A stretch of DNA of 52,384 bases from a virus (Duplodnaviria > Caudoviricetes): positions 1 to 52,384 of the IMG/VR virus record IMGVR_UViG_3300044998_000632; one strand, given 5' to 3'. The stretch's first letter is position 1. Every line of letters begins with the position of its first letter. The notes beneath the pieces were generated by a model, which worked only from the letters and a program-made list of their open reading frames with translations, did not search any database and had not been told where the DNA came from. Of the stretch, positions 9,081-18,540 are shown one piece after another. The translations under genes were made by a program, and so were the position numbers.

Positions 9081-9820
9081 CCACTGGACCTAATCCCGAC
9101 CTCGATGGACTCAAGGAGTTCGACATCGAGATCGTCTTCGCCACGTCGTTTGGCACGTATCTGCACACCGCCAAAGGTGTCGCGCGAGAGGGGTGTACCT
9201 TGAGCATTCAATTCCAGGACGAGTCCATCAACCTCGGATTGCCGGATGCCGATACGGTTGATTTTGTGGGCGCCGGAGTAACCGCCACCCGGGTTGGCAA
9301 CAAGATCACGGTCACCATCCCCGGCAGTATCGGTGGCGCTGCGCCAGTGCTGGTGCTGTCGCTCGTCGGCGCCGCCAATGGCACTTTTGATGGGTCCGGC
9401 GGTACAGTGTACTTCTCCAACTGGAATGGCACGGTGCGGCAAACCAGCGCCGACGCGACGTGGAACGAAGCCAACGACCAGATCGAATTCACGCAGACCG
9501 GGCTCTACGAGATCACAATCGTCGGGCGCATTGAACCCGTCGGAGCATGGCCGACGGAGCAAGTTTTCTACGGCAGCGACGTTATCGGCCCCGTCTACGA
9601 CCCGCAGGGGGCGCGCCACGCGGCAAGCCTTACCGGCTGGCAGGCGAGTGTGATTGGGCACGTGGCTTTCACGGACTCGTATGTCGTCAACATTGACGAC
9701 ATCGCCATCGATACCGTCACGCCACGCTTGTACGCCAATGCTTACGCCGACAGCACTGCAGCCGCATTCAGCGCCTTGATGCTCGTGCGCCGCATTGGCG
9801 ATGCGATCAGCGGATACTGA
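9077..9820 (+). CDS. Putative tail/virion protein
   Basis: Beta-rich sequence with a DFVGAGVTAT motif and GTGA overlap with the upstream gene. Confidence 0.55.
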   Translation: MTTGPNPDLDGLKEFDIEIVFATSFGTYLHTAKGVAREGCTLSIQFQDESINLGLPDADTVDFVGAGVTATRVGNKITVTIPGSIGGAAPVLVLSLVGAANGTFDGSGGTVYFSNWNGTVRQTSADATWNEANDQIEFTQTGLYEITIVGRIEPVGAWPTEQVFYGSDVIGPVYDPQGARHAASLTGWQASVIGHVAFTDSYVVNIDDIAIDTVTPRLYANAYADSTAAAFSALMLVRRIGDAISGY

Positions 9821-9822
9821 CC

Positions 9823-10482
9823 ATGCGTCTGCGCGTCATCACCACCACGCAGCCACACCGACCGGCCGAGTGGCTGAGGGAGTGCATGCAGTCGGTGGCG
9901 GCTTCGTTGCCCGACGGCGCCGAGCACTTCGTGGTCCTGTCGCCCAGCGATCCGCAGGGCTGGATGGCCGCCTCGTGGGACGCCGCGCACAAGACCGACC
10001 TGGTGGCATTCGTGGACGACGACGACATCGTGGCGCCCGGTGCGATGCAGGCGTGCGTGGATGCGCTGCAGGCCACCGGTGCGGCGATGGCGTTCACCGA
10101 CGAGGACGAGGTCGACGAGTCGGGGCAGTTCCTGCGCGCTGGCATGATGGGCCGCCGCACGCTGCGCGACATCGGCATGCACCCGCGCAGCGCCCACCAT
10201 CTGGCCGTCTTCCGCCGCGACGTGGTGCCGGACGAGGTGTTCGGCGTTGCCAAGCGCGAGGGCATCGGCCTTGACTGGCTCATGCGCGCCTCAGCGGCCA
10301 TGCTGGGCGGCGCGGTGCATGTTCCGATGGTCGGCTACCACTGGCGCCGCCACGGCACGCAGTTCAGCAAGGTGACGCACGCCGAGCCATACGCTCGGGC
10401 GATACCCGCGCTGCGGCGATACTTGCGGGGGCTGATGCAATTCGACCGAGTGATCAAGCAATATCGCAAGGAGCTGGAATGA
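9823..10482 (+). CDS. Glycosyltransferase family 2-like protein
   Basis: WLRECMQSV, DxD motif in DLVAFVDDDD, HHLAVFRR, DW and YHWRRH. Confidence 0.8.
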   Translation: MRLRVITTTQPHRPAEWLRECMQSVAASLPDGAEHFVVLSPSDPQGWMAASWDAAHKTDLVAFVDDDDIVAPGAMQACVDALQATGAAMAFTDEDEVDESGQFLRAGMMGRRTLRDIGMHPRSAHHLAVFRRDVVPDEVFGVAKREGIGLDWLMRASAAMLGGAVHVPMVGYHWRRHGTQFSKVTHAEPYARAIPALRRYLRGLMQFDRVIKQYRKELE

Positions 10483-11105
10483 ACCTCGCAGAGCTGACAA
10501 CGTCAATCGAGGATTACACCGAGAACCGCAACGCGACGTTCGTGGCGAACATCCCCACGTTCATTCGCAACGCCGAGCGGCGCATTCACATCGACTGTCC
10601 CGATCTGCCCCGGTCGCGACTGATGTCTTTTGCTGCGATGACGCCGACGGTGCGGGTCTATCCCACTCCCGTCCGGCTCCTGACGCCCCTGTCGCTGTCG
10701 GTATCGTCTCCGGCCGGAGTGTTCATCGACTATCTGGACAATAAGGAGCCGGAGTACGTCTACTCCGCTTTCGGCAACTCTGCCCAAGCGCGACCGCGCG
10801 TGTACGCCTTGCTGGACAACAATGAATTCGTGGTGTCCCCGGCGCCTGATTTGGCGTACCGGATGGACTTCGCCTACACCGGGTACCCGGAATCCATCGT
10901 CGAATCCGGGACGTCCTGGATCGGCGACAACTTCGAATTCGTGCTGCTGTACGGCGCACTGGTCGAAGCGTACACTTTCATGAAAGGGGAGGCGGATGTC
11001 CTCCAAGGCTACGCTTTGCAGTACAAAGACTCCCTGCGCCTACTGAAAGACTTCAGTCAGGCTCGCTCGCACCAAGACGCATTCCGCGTCGCTCAAGGAA
11101 GGTGA
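10479..11105 (+). CDS. Tail adaptor-like protein
   Basis: MNLAELTTSIEDYTE...FIRNAERRI...P-PD-AY...LLYGALVEAYTFMKGE is a conserved podophage pattern. Confidence 0.7.
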   Translation: MNLAELTTSIEDYTENRNATFVANIPTFIRNAERRIHIDCPDLPRSRLMSFAAMTPTVRVYPTPVRLLTPLSLSVSSPAGVFIDYLDNKEPEYVYSAFGNSAQARPRVYALLDNNEFVVSPAPDLAYRMDFAYTGYPESIVESGTSWIGDNFEFVLLYGALVEAYTFMKGEADVLQGYALQYKDSLRLLKDFSQARSHQDAFRVAQGR

Positions 11106-11111
11106 TCTGCC

Positions 11112-11516
11112 ATGCCGATTCAGTTTTCCATCGCCGTGCGGAACGCGCGCCTCGACTCGATCGAGACCACGATCGGCACCTCTGCGCGTCTGCGCATCCT
11201 GACTGGAACCCCGCCAGCCAACTGCGCCGCGGCGGAGACGGGCACCATTCTTGCCACCCTCGTACTGCCGTCTGACTGGTTGGCGAATGCAGCGTCGGGC
11301 GCCAAGGCACTCGCCGGCACCTGGACTGGTACCGCCGTCGCCAGTGGTACGGCGGGGTACTACCGGATCTACGACTCTTCCGTGACGACGTGCCATGAAC
11401 AGGGCACGATCACAGCGACGGGTGGTGGTGGGGATCTGACGTTCGACAACGTGTCGATCGCGAACGGACAGACCATCAACATCACCACCTTCACCAAGAC
11501 CGACGGCAACGCGTAA
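11112..11516 (+). CDS. Virion structural protein
   Basis: RNARLD-I...GTAGYYRI...GGGGDLTFDN pattern seen in phage tail-associated proteins. Confidence 0.65.
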   Translation: MPIQFSIAVRNARLDSIETTIGTSARLRILTGTPPANCAAAETGTILATLVLPSDWLANAASGAKALAGTWTGTAVASGTAGYYRIYDSSVTTCHEQGTITATGGGGDLTFDNVSIANGQTINITTFTKTDGNA

Positions 11517-11524
11517 GGTAGCCA

Positions 11525-12160
11525 ATGTCGACCGGCTCCCAGTCTCTTACACTGGCGAGCCCGACACAGGTCGCCACGGGCGGGGTGCCTGGGCAGCAGG
11601 CGACGCTCGCCAGCCCGGAGCCCGACACCGCGGGTACGGTCATCGTGTCGGGCTCGCAAGCTGCCACGCTTGCCGAAGCGCAAAACGACGCCGATTTCGG
11701 CGTGTCTGCGCAAGTGCTCGCGAGCGTGGTGGCGAGCACAGACGCCCGGCTATACCTTGCCGGCGTGCAGGCCGCCACACTGGTAAGTCCGGTGGCTGCC
11801 ACTGCTGGCGGGCCCGTCAACATCAACGTGCAGGTCGTCACGCTACCCGACGTCGAACAGACGCAGGAGGGGGTGACGCTGATCGGTGGGGCGCAGTTCC
11901 GAGCGCTGGCTGGGGTCAGTCGAGCGCAGGCCGGGGAGGTGGGCGTAGTCGGGGCGCAGGCGAGGACGCTGGCTCCCCCTAGCGCGGCAACTGCGGGGCA
12001 GATCGTTGTCGAGGGAAGCCAAGCAATCACCCTGGACGCTGCGTTGACCAATCTGGTTTCTTTCGGCCGCCAGAACCAGGCCCTGGGCCCAGTGACCAAC
12101 GGCCAGCCCACGTGGTTGCCGTCGCTGCCGCCCACACCTACCATATGGATTGATCGTTAG
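11525..12160 (+). CDS. Putative virion protein (Ala/Val/Gln-rich)
   Basis: ORF in the structural cluster with weak internal QAATL repeats. Confidence 0.55.
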   Translation: MSTGSQSLTLASPTQVATGGVPGQQATLASPEPDTAGTVIVSGSQAATLAEAQNDADFGVSAQVLASVVASTDARLYLAGVQAATLVSPVAATAGGPVNINVQVVTLPDVEQTQEGVTLIGGAQFRALAGVSRAQAGEVGVVGAQARTLAPPSAATAGQIVVEGSQAITLDAALTNLVSFGRQNQALGPVTNGQPTWLPSLPPTPTIWIDR

Positions 12161-12168
12161 GAGCCACC

Positions 12169-13137
12169 GTGCCGAGCACTTTCACTCCCGTCATCCAACT
12201 CGAAAAACCCGGCGATGGTGAGCAGGCGGGCTTTTGGGGTTCCACGGTCAACGCCAACATGGACCGGCTGGAGGCGGCGGTGCTGTCTTCACTGGCCATG
12301 AATGGCGGAGCCCCCATCACGGCCACCCCGCCAGCAGGTACCCGGCGCATCACGGAGCCGGCATCCGGGGAGATTATCGTTCAGGAATTCAATGGGACCA
12401 CGTGGGTGGTCCTTTTCGATTCCCGGACCAAGCAGGCTGGGGGTACGTCATTCCTTCCGCTGGCTGGGGGCACCATGACAGGCGCCGTGGTGCTGGCGGG
12501 CAACGCGACGGCGTCACTCAATCCCACTACGTTGCAGCAGATGCAGGCTGCAGACGCGGCCACGCTGGCGTCGGCGAATGCCTACGCAGATTCGGTGATC
12601 GGCAGTGGGGGCATCCCCCCGGGGACGATTACGATGTTCGGTGGTTCCGTGGCACCTGCCGGTTGGCTCTTGTGTCGCGGACAGGCGGTCAGCCGTACCA
12701 CGTACGCGGCGCTGTTCGCCGCCATTGGCATCAACTACGGCGGCGGCGATGGCGTTACGACGTTTAATGTCCCCGACATGCGCGGGGAGTTTCCTCGCGG
12801 CCACGACGCGGGTCGGGGCGTGGACCCCGGTCGCACGCTTGGGACCGCGCAGGCAGACGCATTGCAGGACATGAACGGCTACTTTGGGGTGGATGACCGG
12901 GCGTACAACTCGGTCCTCAACGCGGTGCCGGCGTCCGCCTCGGGGGTATTCAAGGCGGTCCAGCCGATCTCGCCCCCCAACGAAGCGTTCACAGCAGGCA
13001 TGCCGGTGATGGACACCACCAGCTCGGGCGGTGACGGGCTGGCCCTGTATCTCAAGTTCGAGGCATCTCGTGTCGCACGTACGGCGGCTGAGACCCGTCC
13101 GCGCAACGTGGCTTTCAACTTCATCATCCGCATATGA
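12169..13137 (+). CDS. Tail fibre with tail-collar domain
   Basis: PPGTITMFGG..APAGWLLCRGQAVSRTTYAALFAAIG...FNVPDMRGEFPRG...ETRPRNVAFNFII. Confidence 0.9.
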   Translation: MPSTFTPVIQLEKPGDGEQAGFWGSTVNANMDRLEAAVLSSLAMNGGAPITATPPAGTRRITEPASGEIIVQEFNGTTWVVLFDSRTKQAGGTSFLPLAGGTMTGAVVLAGNATASLNPTTLQQMQAADAATLASANAYADSVIGSGGIPPGTITMFGGSVAPAGWLLCRGQAVSRTTYAALFAAIGINYGGGDGVTTFNVPDMRGEFPRGHDAGRGVDPGRTLGTAQADALQDMNGYFGVDDRAYNSVLNAVPASASGVFKAVQPISPPNEAFTAGMPVMDTTSSGGDGLALYLKFEASRVARTAAETRPRNVAFNFIIRI

Positions 13138-13451
13138 GCCAGTCAGTTCGCTCCGAGGAGCCGGATCGCCCCGAGATCAAGATCGTCCGGGAGGTCTCCT
13201 TTCGGCTGCTCGCCGCCTTGATGACGCCGATCTTTTTCGCGGTGGCCGGCACGGGGCTGACGGTGTGGCGGGAGTTCCATCTACAGACTGAGTTGCTGCG
13301 GCAGATGCGGGAGGATATGCGAGTCTACATGGAGCGGGTCAACGCGGAGAAGGCTCGCAACGACGTGCAAGACGCACAGCTTCAGCAGCTCATTAAACAG
13401 GGCGACATCAGCAACGCGCGACTGCAGAGTCTCGAAAGGACTGGACGATGA
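13134..13451 (+). CDS. Membrane-anchored coiled-coil protein (lysis module)
   Basis: One hydrophobic segment followed by a coiled coil. Confidence 0.6.
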   Translation: MSQSVRSEEPDRPEIKIVREVSFRLLAALMTPIFFAVAGTGLTVWREFHLQTELLRQMREDMRVYMERVNAEKARNDVQDAQLQQLIKQGDISNARLQSLERTGR

Positions 13452-13687
13452 ATTTCCAACTACTCCCTGACTGGAAGGACGTGGCCAAGTCGTCCTGGTC
13501 GTTCAAGCTGTGGAGCGCGGCTGCGTCGCTGCTGTTGCTGTGGCAGATTTCCGATCTCGTATTTGATTACCCTCAAGTGGTCGAGAGGAGTTTCGCAATG
13601 GCGGTGCTCATCATTGGGGTCCTTGGGGTCCTAGCTCGACTGCTGGACCAGTCGACGGAGCAGCCGCCGAAGGGCGGCGGTGAGTGA
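13448..13687 (+). CDS. Putative holin
   Basis: 79 aa with two TM segments, LLPDWK..KSSWS N-terminus and ARLLDQ end. Confidence 0.65.
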   Translation: MNFQLLPDWKDVAKSSWSFKLWSAAASLLLLWQISDLVFDYPQVVERSFAMAVLIIGVLGVLARLLDQSTEQPPKGGGE

Positions 13688-13880
13688 AGTGATCTCGCTC
13701 ACGCTGTGGCAGGCAGGACTGCTCGCCATCCTGCTGCTCGCCTTGGGCGCGGTGTGGGGCCGAGGTTTCGAGGTCTACCGCGCGGCGTCGATGGAGATGG
13801 CCGCGTTCCAGCGCGGGCTCGGAGCGGGCATTGCGCTGTGTGCAGGGGTACCCGATGAAGATCGAGACCTATCGCGATAA
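13680..13880 (+). CDS. Small membrane protein
   Basis: N-terminal TM segment; overlaps both neighbours. Confidence 0.5.
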   Translation: MSEVISLTLWQAGLLAILLLALGAVWGRGFEVYRAASMEMAAFQRGLGAGIALCAGVPDEDRDLSR

Positions 13881-14019
13881 GGCTGGGCAGTGGCGCTGGC
13901 GCATGCGGGGCCGCAACGGACGCATCGTTGCCTGCTCCGGTGAGGGATACACGCGGCGTTGGAGTGTGCGTCGCGCGCTGCGTCGCGTGCTCGACGCCAT
14001 GAAAGGAACGCTGCCATGA
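13855..14019 (+). CDS. DUF1508/YegP-family protein
   Basis: YRDKAGQWRWRMRGRNGRIVA-SGEGY signature. Confidence 0.8.
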   Translation: MKIETYRDKAGQWRWRMRGRNGRIVACSGEGYTRRWSVRRALRRVLDAMKGTLP

Positions 14020-14645
14020 GGATGGATGTGGTCACGCTGATCCGGGCGGGCATGACGCCGACGACCGCGAAAGCGTGGGCGCCGTTCTTCGAGCCAGCAG
14101 GCGAGCGGTTTCAGATCAACACGCCCGAGCGCATCGCGGCGTTCGTCTCGCAGATGCGGGTGGAGACGGCCGAGTTCTCGACGCTCGAAGAGAACCTGCG
14201 CTACCGCCCTGAGCGCGCCATCCAGATTCCGGGGTGGTCGAAGCGGCTTGGCGGGCTTGAAGGCGCTCGGCGCATCATCGCGCAAGGCCCACAGGCGCTG
14301 GCCAACGTCGTTTACGCCAACCGGATGGGTAACGGTCCGCCCGAGTCGGGTGATGGATGGCGATACCGAGGATCAGGCTGCAAGCAACTCACCTTCCGCG
14401 ACAACTACCGCGCGGTTGACATGGATCTGCTAACGGATTACGAAGCGCACCCCGAGAAAGTGCGCGAGCCCGAGGGTGCGGCGCTGACGGCGGCGCATTA
14501 CTGGGCGCGCAACAAGTGCAACATCTTCGCTGACCGTCGAGACTGGAACGGCATCACGCTGCTCGTAAATGGCCCCGGCATGATGGCAGCCGCCACTCGA
14601 CGTAACCTCACTGTTGCTGCGCTTGCGGAACTTCAAGGAGCTTGA
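14016..14645 (+). CDS. Endolysin, glycoside hydrolase family 19
   Basis: INTPERIAAFVSQ..VET, EENL-Y, ANVVYANRMGN, GDGWRYRGSG-KQLT-RDNY and IT-LVNG. Confidence 0.9.
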   Translation: MRMDVVTLIRAGMTPTTAKAWAPFFEPAGERFQINTPERIAAFVSQMRVETAEFSTLEENLRYRPERAIQIPGWSKRLGGLEGARRIIAQGPQALANVVYANRMGNGPPESGDGWRYRGSGCKQLTFRDNYRAVDMDLLTDYEAHPEKVREPEGAALTAAHYWARNKCNIFADRRDWNGITLLVNGPGMMAAATRRNLTVAALAELQGA

Positions 14646-14646
14646 G

Positions 14647-14879
14647 ATGGACATCGTGCTTGCCTTCCTCATCAGCCAACTCCCCGGCTTCATCATCGCT
14701 GCCGTGGCGGGTTCGCCGTGGGCTGCTGGTGGTACCGCTACACGCTCAAGCGGGACCCCGCCAAACTGGAGCGACTTGCGGCCGAGGCTGACAAGCTCAA
14801 GGCCAAGCTCCCTCCGGAGCTGGTCGAGCTGATCAATCAGATGCAGGTCAAGATTCGCGACCTCGAAGCCAAGAAGTGA
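14647..14879 (+). pseudogene. Membrane protein interrupted by a -1 frameshift at ~14710
   Basis: MDIVLAFLISQLPGFIIAAVA continues in the -1 frame as GFAVGCWWYRYTLKRDPAKLERL...LEAKK*. That stop overlaps the next GTG start. Confidence 0.65.
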
Positions 14880-15385
14880 TCCCGCTGGCGCCACTTCTTG
14901 CCGCTGCAGCCATCGCGGGCGCGGGCTGGTACGGCTTTGTTCGTGGGGAGTCCCACGGCGTCGCCGTGACTGTTGCGCATTGGCAGGGAGTGGTCCAGAA
15001 GATGCTTGAGCGTGCCGCTGAGGCGGCGGAAACCGCCCGGGCTGACCGCGAGGTCCTTGAAGCCAACTGGAGGAACCGCTATGACGCCGCGATTCGGACC
15101 CAGGCTGCCGAGCAAGCTCGCGCGCAACGCATGGCTCGTGATCTTCAGCTTGCTCGTACTGAGCGTGACGGGCTGCGCACACAACTCGACGCCTTCGCTC
15201 GCGGTCCCGCCGACGCCGGTGACGATTCCCTTGCCGCCGCCCGTGACCGCGCCGCCGCCCTCGGGAGCGTACTGGATCGAGTATTGCAAGACCTTGAACG
15301 ACGTACGCTCGCGGCTGAAACTCACGCCGCCGATGTCCGATCCTTGCTCGCAGCTTGGCCTACCAGCTTCATGAAGGACGAGTAA
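14876..15385 (+). CDS. Rz-like inner-membrane spanin
   Basis: N-terminal TM segment plus an Ala/Arg-rich coiled coil, downstream of the endolysin. Confidence 0.8.
   Translation: MIPLAPLLAAAAIAGAGWYGFVRGESHGVAVTVAHWQGVVQKMLERAAEAAETARADREVLEANWRNRYDAAIRTQAAEQARAQRMARDLQLARTERDGLRTQLDAFARGPADAGDDSLAAARDRAAALGSVLDRVLQDLERRTLAAETHAADVRSLLAAWPTSFMKDE
15081..15374 (+). CDS. Rz1-like outer-membrane lipoprotein spanin, nested in the +1 frame
   Basis: RBS GGAGG at 15069-15073, signal peptide ending in lipobox VTGC, and a Pro-rich mature part with two more Cys. Confidence 0.8.
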   Translation: MTPRFGPRLPSKLARNAWLVIFSLLVLSVTGCAHNSTPSLAVPPTPVTIPLPPPVTAPPPSGAYWIEYCKTLNDVRSRLKLTPPMSDPCSQLGLPAS

Positions 15386-15386
15386 C

Positions 15387-17309
15387 GTGCCCCTGCAGCG
15401 CATCCAGCTTCGTCCGGGGGTCGTGCGGGACACGACGAACTTCGCGGCGGAAGGGACTTGGTGGGACTGCAACAACGTGCGGTTTCGCGCCGGACTGCCG
15501 GAAAAGATCGGCGGATGGGTGCGCGCGTTCCCTACGCCGCTGGAAGGTGTCGGGTACTCGATCCGTGCGTGGGCCACCATCACCCCGCCGCGCATCCTGA
15601 CGGGCATCGGCACCTCGCGGCGGTTCTATATCGAGTCGAACGGGCAGGCATTCGACATCACCCCTGCGGTTCGCAGCGCCACGCCGGTGAACCCCTTCGC
15701 CACCGTGGCAGGGTCGTCGATTGTCGTGGTGACCTACCCCTCGCACGGCGTCGAGGTCGGAATGTCAGTGGTGATCAGCGGTGTGCTGGTGGCGGTTGGC
15801 GGCATCCCCGCCAGCGCGTTCAATCAGTCGTTCATCGCAGACCCCATCGACATCAATACCTTCCGCATTGACGTGGGGGTCAACGCCACATCGACCGTGG
15901 TTGCGGGGGGCGGTGCGCCGCTCGTGAGCATCCTGGCGCCGTCCGCCGCGGACGTCGTGGGCCTCGCTACCGGCTGGGGCGCGAGTCCATGGAGTTTTGG
16001 TGGATGGGGCGATGCCTTCGTGGGGTCCGCGTCGCCCAGCCGACAGCCGCAGTTGTGGAGTCAGGACAACCTGGGCTCGAACCTGTTCATCTGCCCTCGC
16101 GGGGGGCGCATCTACTACTGGGCCTTCGACAATGGCGGCGGGCTCGGTCGGCGGGCCGTCTCTTTGCAGACGTTCGTTGCATCACTTCCCCCACAAGATC
16201 CTGAGCCCGATCCCGAGTGGCTGCCCAAAGCGTGCAACATCGCGCTGTTCCACGCCGAGAGCGAGATTCTCGTGGCGGTCGGAGTGAACCCTACCCCGAC
16301 TGATGAAACCATTGATCCGATGTTCGTGCGCTGGTCCGACGAGTCTGACCCGTTTGACTGGGAGCCGCGGGTGACCAACCGCGCAGGGGGGCAGCGCCTC
16401 ACGTCGGGGTCGCAGCTCATCGCCGCGTTGCGCGTGCGCGAGAACATCCTGATCTGGAGCGACACGACGGTGTACTCGATGCAGTTCATCGGCGGCGGGG
16501 AGCAGTTCAGCATTGAAGCGCAGTTCGAGGGGGTGACAATTCAGGGACCCAACGCCGCTGTGGTCATCGGCGGTGCCGCGTACTGGATGGGCGACCGAGC
16601 GTTCTACAAGTACGACGGTACCCTGCGACCGCTTGCGTGTCCCATCACGGATCGGGTGTTCAGCGACATCAGCCGGATTCGCGGCTTTCAGGTCGCCTGT
16701 GGGTACAACGAGCGGTTCAACGAGATCTGGTGGTACTACTGCGACGCCAACGATCTGCTCCCCTCGAAGTACATCATCTACAACTTCGCGGAGGATGTCT
16801 GGACCTTCGGCGAAATGAGCCGCACTGCGTGGTCCCGGCATCAGTTTGCCAACCGTCCATACGCCACCTTGCCAGCCCTTGACGTGGACGTATGGGGCAA
16901 TGTGCGCTACACCTCCACGGTGCTTATTCATGAGACCGGCCCGGACGATGTGGCGTCGGGGACTCCAGCCGCGATTCCTGCGTTCATCGAGTCCACTGAC
17001 TTCGACATCTCCGAGGGGCATGTGTTCTCGTTTGTCTCGAAGATGATCCCCGATCTGCGATTTGACAACTCGACTGCGATCCTCCCGACGGTCACGATCA
17101 CGATGAAGTGGCGCAACGAGCCGGGGCGGCTGCCGTCAGCGGACCCTGCGCTGAACGTGGAGCAGATTGCTGCGAATCAGTACACCCCGCAGCTCGACTT
17201 TCGGCTTCGTGCCCGGCAGAGCGCCATTCGCATCGAGAGTAACCAGATCGGTTGCCAGTGGCGATGGGGTGTTCCGCGGCTTGACGTGCGCCCGGACGGC
17301 CGGCAATGA
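15387..17309 (+). CDS. Tail nozzle/tubular protein B-like protein
   Basis: 640-aa beta-propeller-like protein: W-DCNNVRFR-GLPEKIGGW, DPMFVRWSD, FNEIWWYY and C-terminal R-DVRPDGR. Confidence 0.75.
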   Translation: MPLQRIQLRPGVVRDTTNFAAEGTWWDCNNVRFRAGLPEKIGGWVRAFPTPLEGVGYSIRAWATITPPRILTGIGTSRRFYIESNGQAFDITPAVRSATPVNPFATVAGSSIVVVTYPSHGVEVGMSVVISGVLVAVGGIPASAFNQSFIADPIDINTFRIDVGVNATSTVVAGGGAPLVSILAPSAADVVGLATGWGASPWSFGGWGDAFVGSASPSRQPQLWSQDNLGSNLFICPRGGRIYYWAFDNGGGLGRRAVSLQTFVASLPPQDPEPDPEWLPKACNIALFHAESEILVAVGVNPTPTDETIDPMFVRWSDESDPFDWEPRVTNRAGGQRLTSGSQLIAALRVRENILIWSDTTVYSMQFIGGGEQFSIEAQFEGVTIQGPNAAVVIGGAAYWMGDRAFYKYDGTLRPLACPITDRVFSDISRIRGFQVACGYNERFNEIWWYYCDANDLLPSKYIIYNFAEDVWTFGEMSRTAWSRHQFANRPYATLPALDVDVWGNVRYTSTVLIHETGPDDVASGTPAAIPAFIESTDFDISEGHVFSFVSKMIPDLRFDNSTAILPTVTITMKWRNEPGRLPSADPALNVEQIAANQYTPQLDFRLRARQSAIRIESNQIGCQWRWGVPRLDVRPDGRQ

Positions 17310-17554
17310 CCCGCCGCAGCGTCCCCATCCTCCCAGACCCGCCAGGAAACCTGCCGCCCGAGGTGGCGGAGTATCTGCGGGATGTGATCGGCCGGTTGCG
17401 AACACACTTCCGAGACGCGGCGCAACCTGCCACAATCGGCGCGGAGCGCATTTCCGTACCCGCGAATCGATTCCCGACCGCGGCACAATTTGCCGACCTG
17501 CGCAGTGGCGATTTCTACGTGGACGCTTCCAACTTCGTCAGGATGAAGCCATGA
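17306..17554 (+). CDS. Small virion protein
   Basis: ATGA-coupled on both sides. Confidence 0.6.
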   Translation: MTRRSVPILPDPPGNLPPEVAEYLRDVIGRLRTHFRDAAQPATIGAERISVPANRFPTAAQFADLRSGDFYVDASNFVRMKP

Positions 17555-18540
17555 GCATCGACTTCAAAGACTTGTTGAAGTTTGGCGGCCTTGCCGCGGC
17601 AACGTATGCGACGGGTGGCCTGCTTGCTCCGGTGCTCGGCAGCATGGGGCTTGGCGCCACTGCGGCGGGTATTGGCGGCAACGCCATTGCCGGCGGGCTC
17701 GTGGGCAAGATAGCCAATCCCAATATGACGCGGGATCAGATGATCGGCAACATGATCGGCGGCGCCGTCATGGGCGCCGGGCTTCAAGGGCTCGGCTCGA
17801 CCATGGGACAGTTCGGCGCGACCCCGGGTACGGGTCTGACGGTTCCCAACCCGATGGTTTCCACCCCGGCAGTTTCCTCCGCACTCGAATCCGGCGCTGC
17901 AGCGGTGCCGACTTCCAACTTCTCACTTGCGCCCGCACCCGGGCCTGGGGTGGGCGTTGGTGAGGGGATCAGGCTTGGTGCGACGCAGGCTGGGACGATA
18001 ACCCCCGTGCTGCCGGGCAGCGTTGCGCAGCCCCTTCCGGCAACCAACCCGATGGCGGGCCTTCAACGAGGCATGGACGCCCCGGGGGCGTTCGCTCACC
18101 ACATGGCTACCGCCGGGCGTAACAGCCTCGTCAAGACTGGCCTGGGCGCGGCGATGATGGACTACGGCATAGCGCCTAACGCCCCCGCGTCATCGGCCAG
18201 CGTCGGCGGGGAGTACACCATTCATGACGTCTACGGCTCTCCGCTCAGCGGCGGTGACGGATCGTCCGAAGCGACATACGTCAAGGCGCGCAAGGTCCGC
18301 TTCGCCGATGGCGGCAACGTGGCCACCTACGCCAGCGGCGGGCGACTGGTGGACCCGAAGAAGACCGCTCCCAAGGGCGTGGATACCGTGCCGGCCACCA
18401 TCGACGGCGTGCAGCCCGCTCGGCTGAACTCCGGCGAGTACGTCATGACCAAGAAAGCGGTCAAAAACGTGGGCGGGCCGGCGCAAATGGACAAGCTGCA
18501 TGCCAGGCTCAAGCGGGGCGGGATCGGAAAGTACGCATGA
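17551..18540 (+). CDS. Internal virion/ejection protein (Gly/Ala-rich)
   Basis: Hydrophobic Gly-rich N-terminus and C-terminal FADGG/YASGG...DTVPA...RLNSGEYVMTKKAV motif. Confidence 0.6.
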   Translation: MSIDFKDLLKFGGLAAATYATGGLLAPVLGSMGLGATAAGIGGNAIAGGLVGKIANPNMTRDQMIGNMIGGAVMGAGLQGLGSTMGQFGATPGTGLTVPNPMVSTPAVSSALESGAAAVPTSNFSLAPAPGPGVGVGEGIRLGATQAGTITPVLPGSVAQPLPATNPMAGLQRGMDAPGAFAHHMATAGRNSLVKTGLGAAMMDYGIAPNAPASSASVGGEYTIHDVYGSPLSGGDGSSEATYVKARKVRFADGGNVATYASGGRLVDPKKTAPKGVDTVPATIDGVQPARLNSGEYVMTKKAVKNVGGPAQMDKLHARLKRGGIGKYA

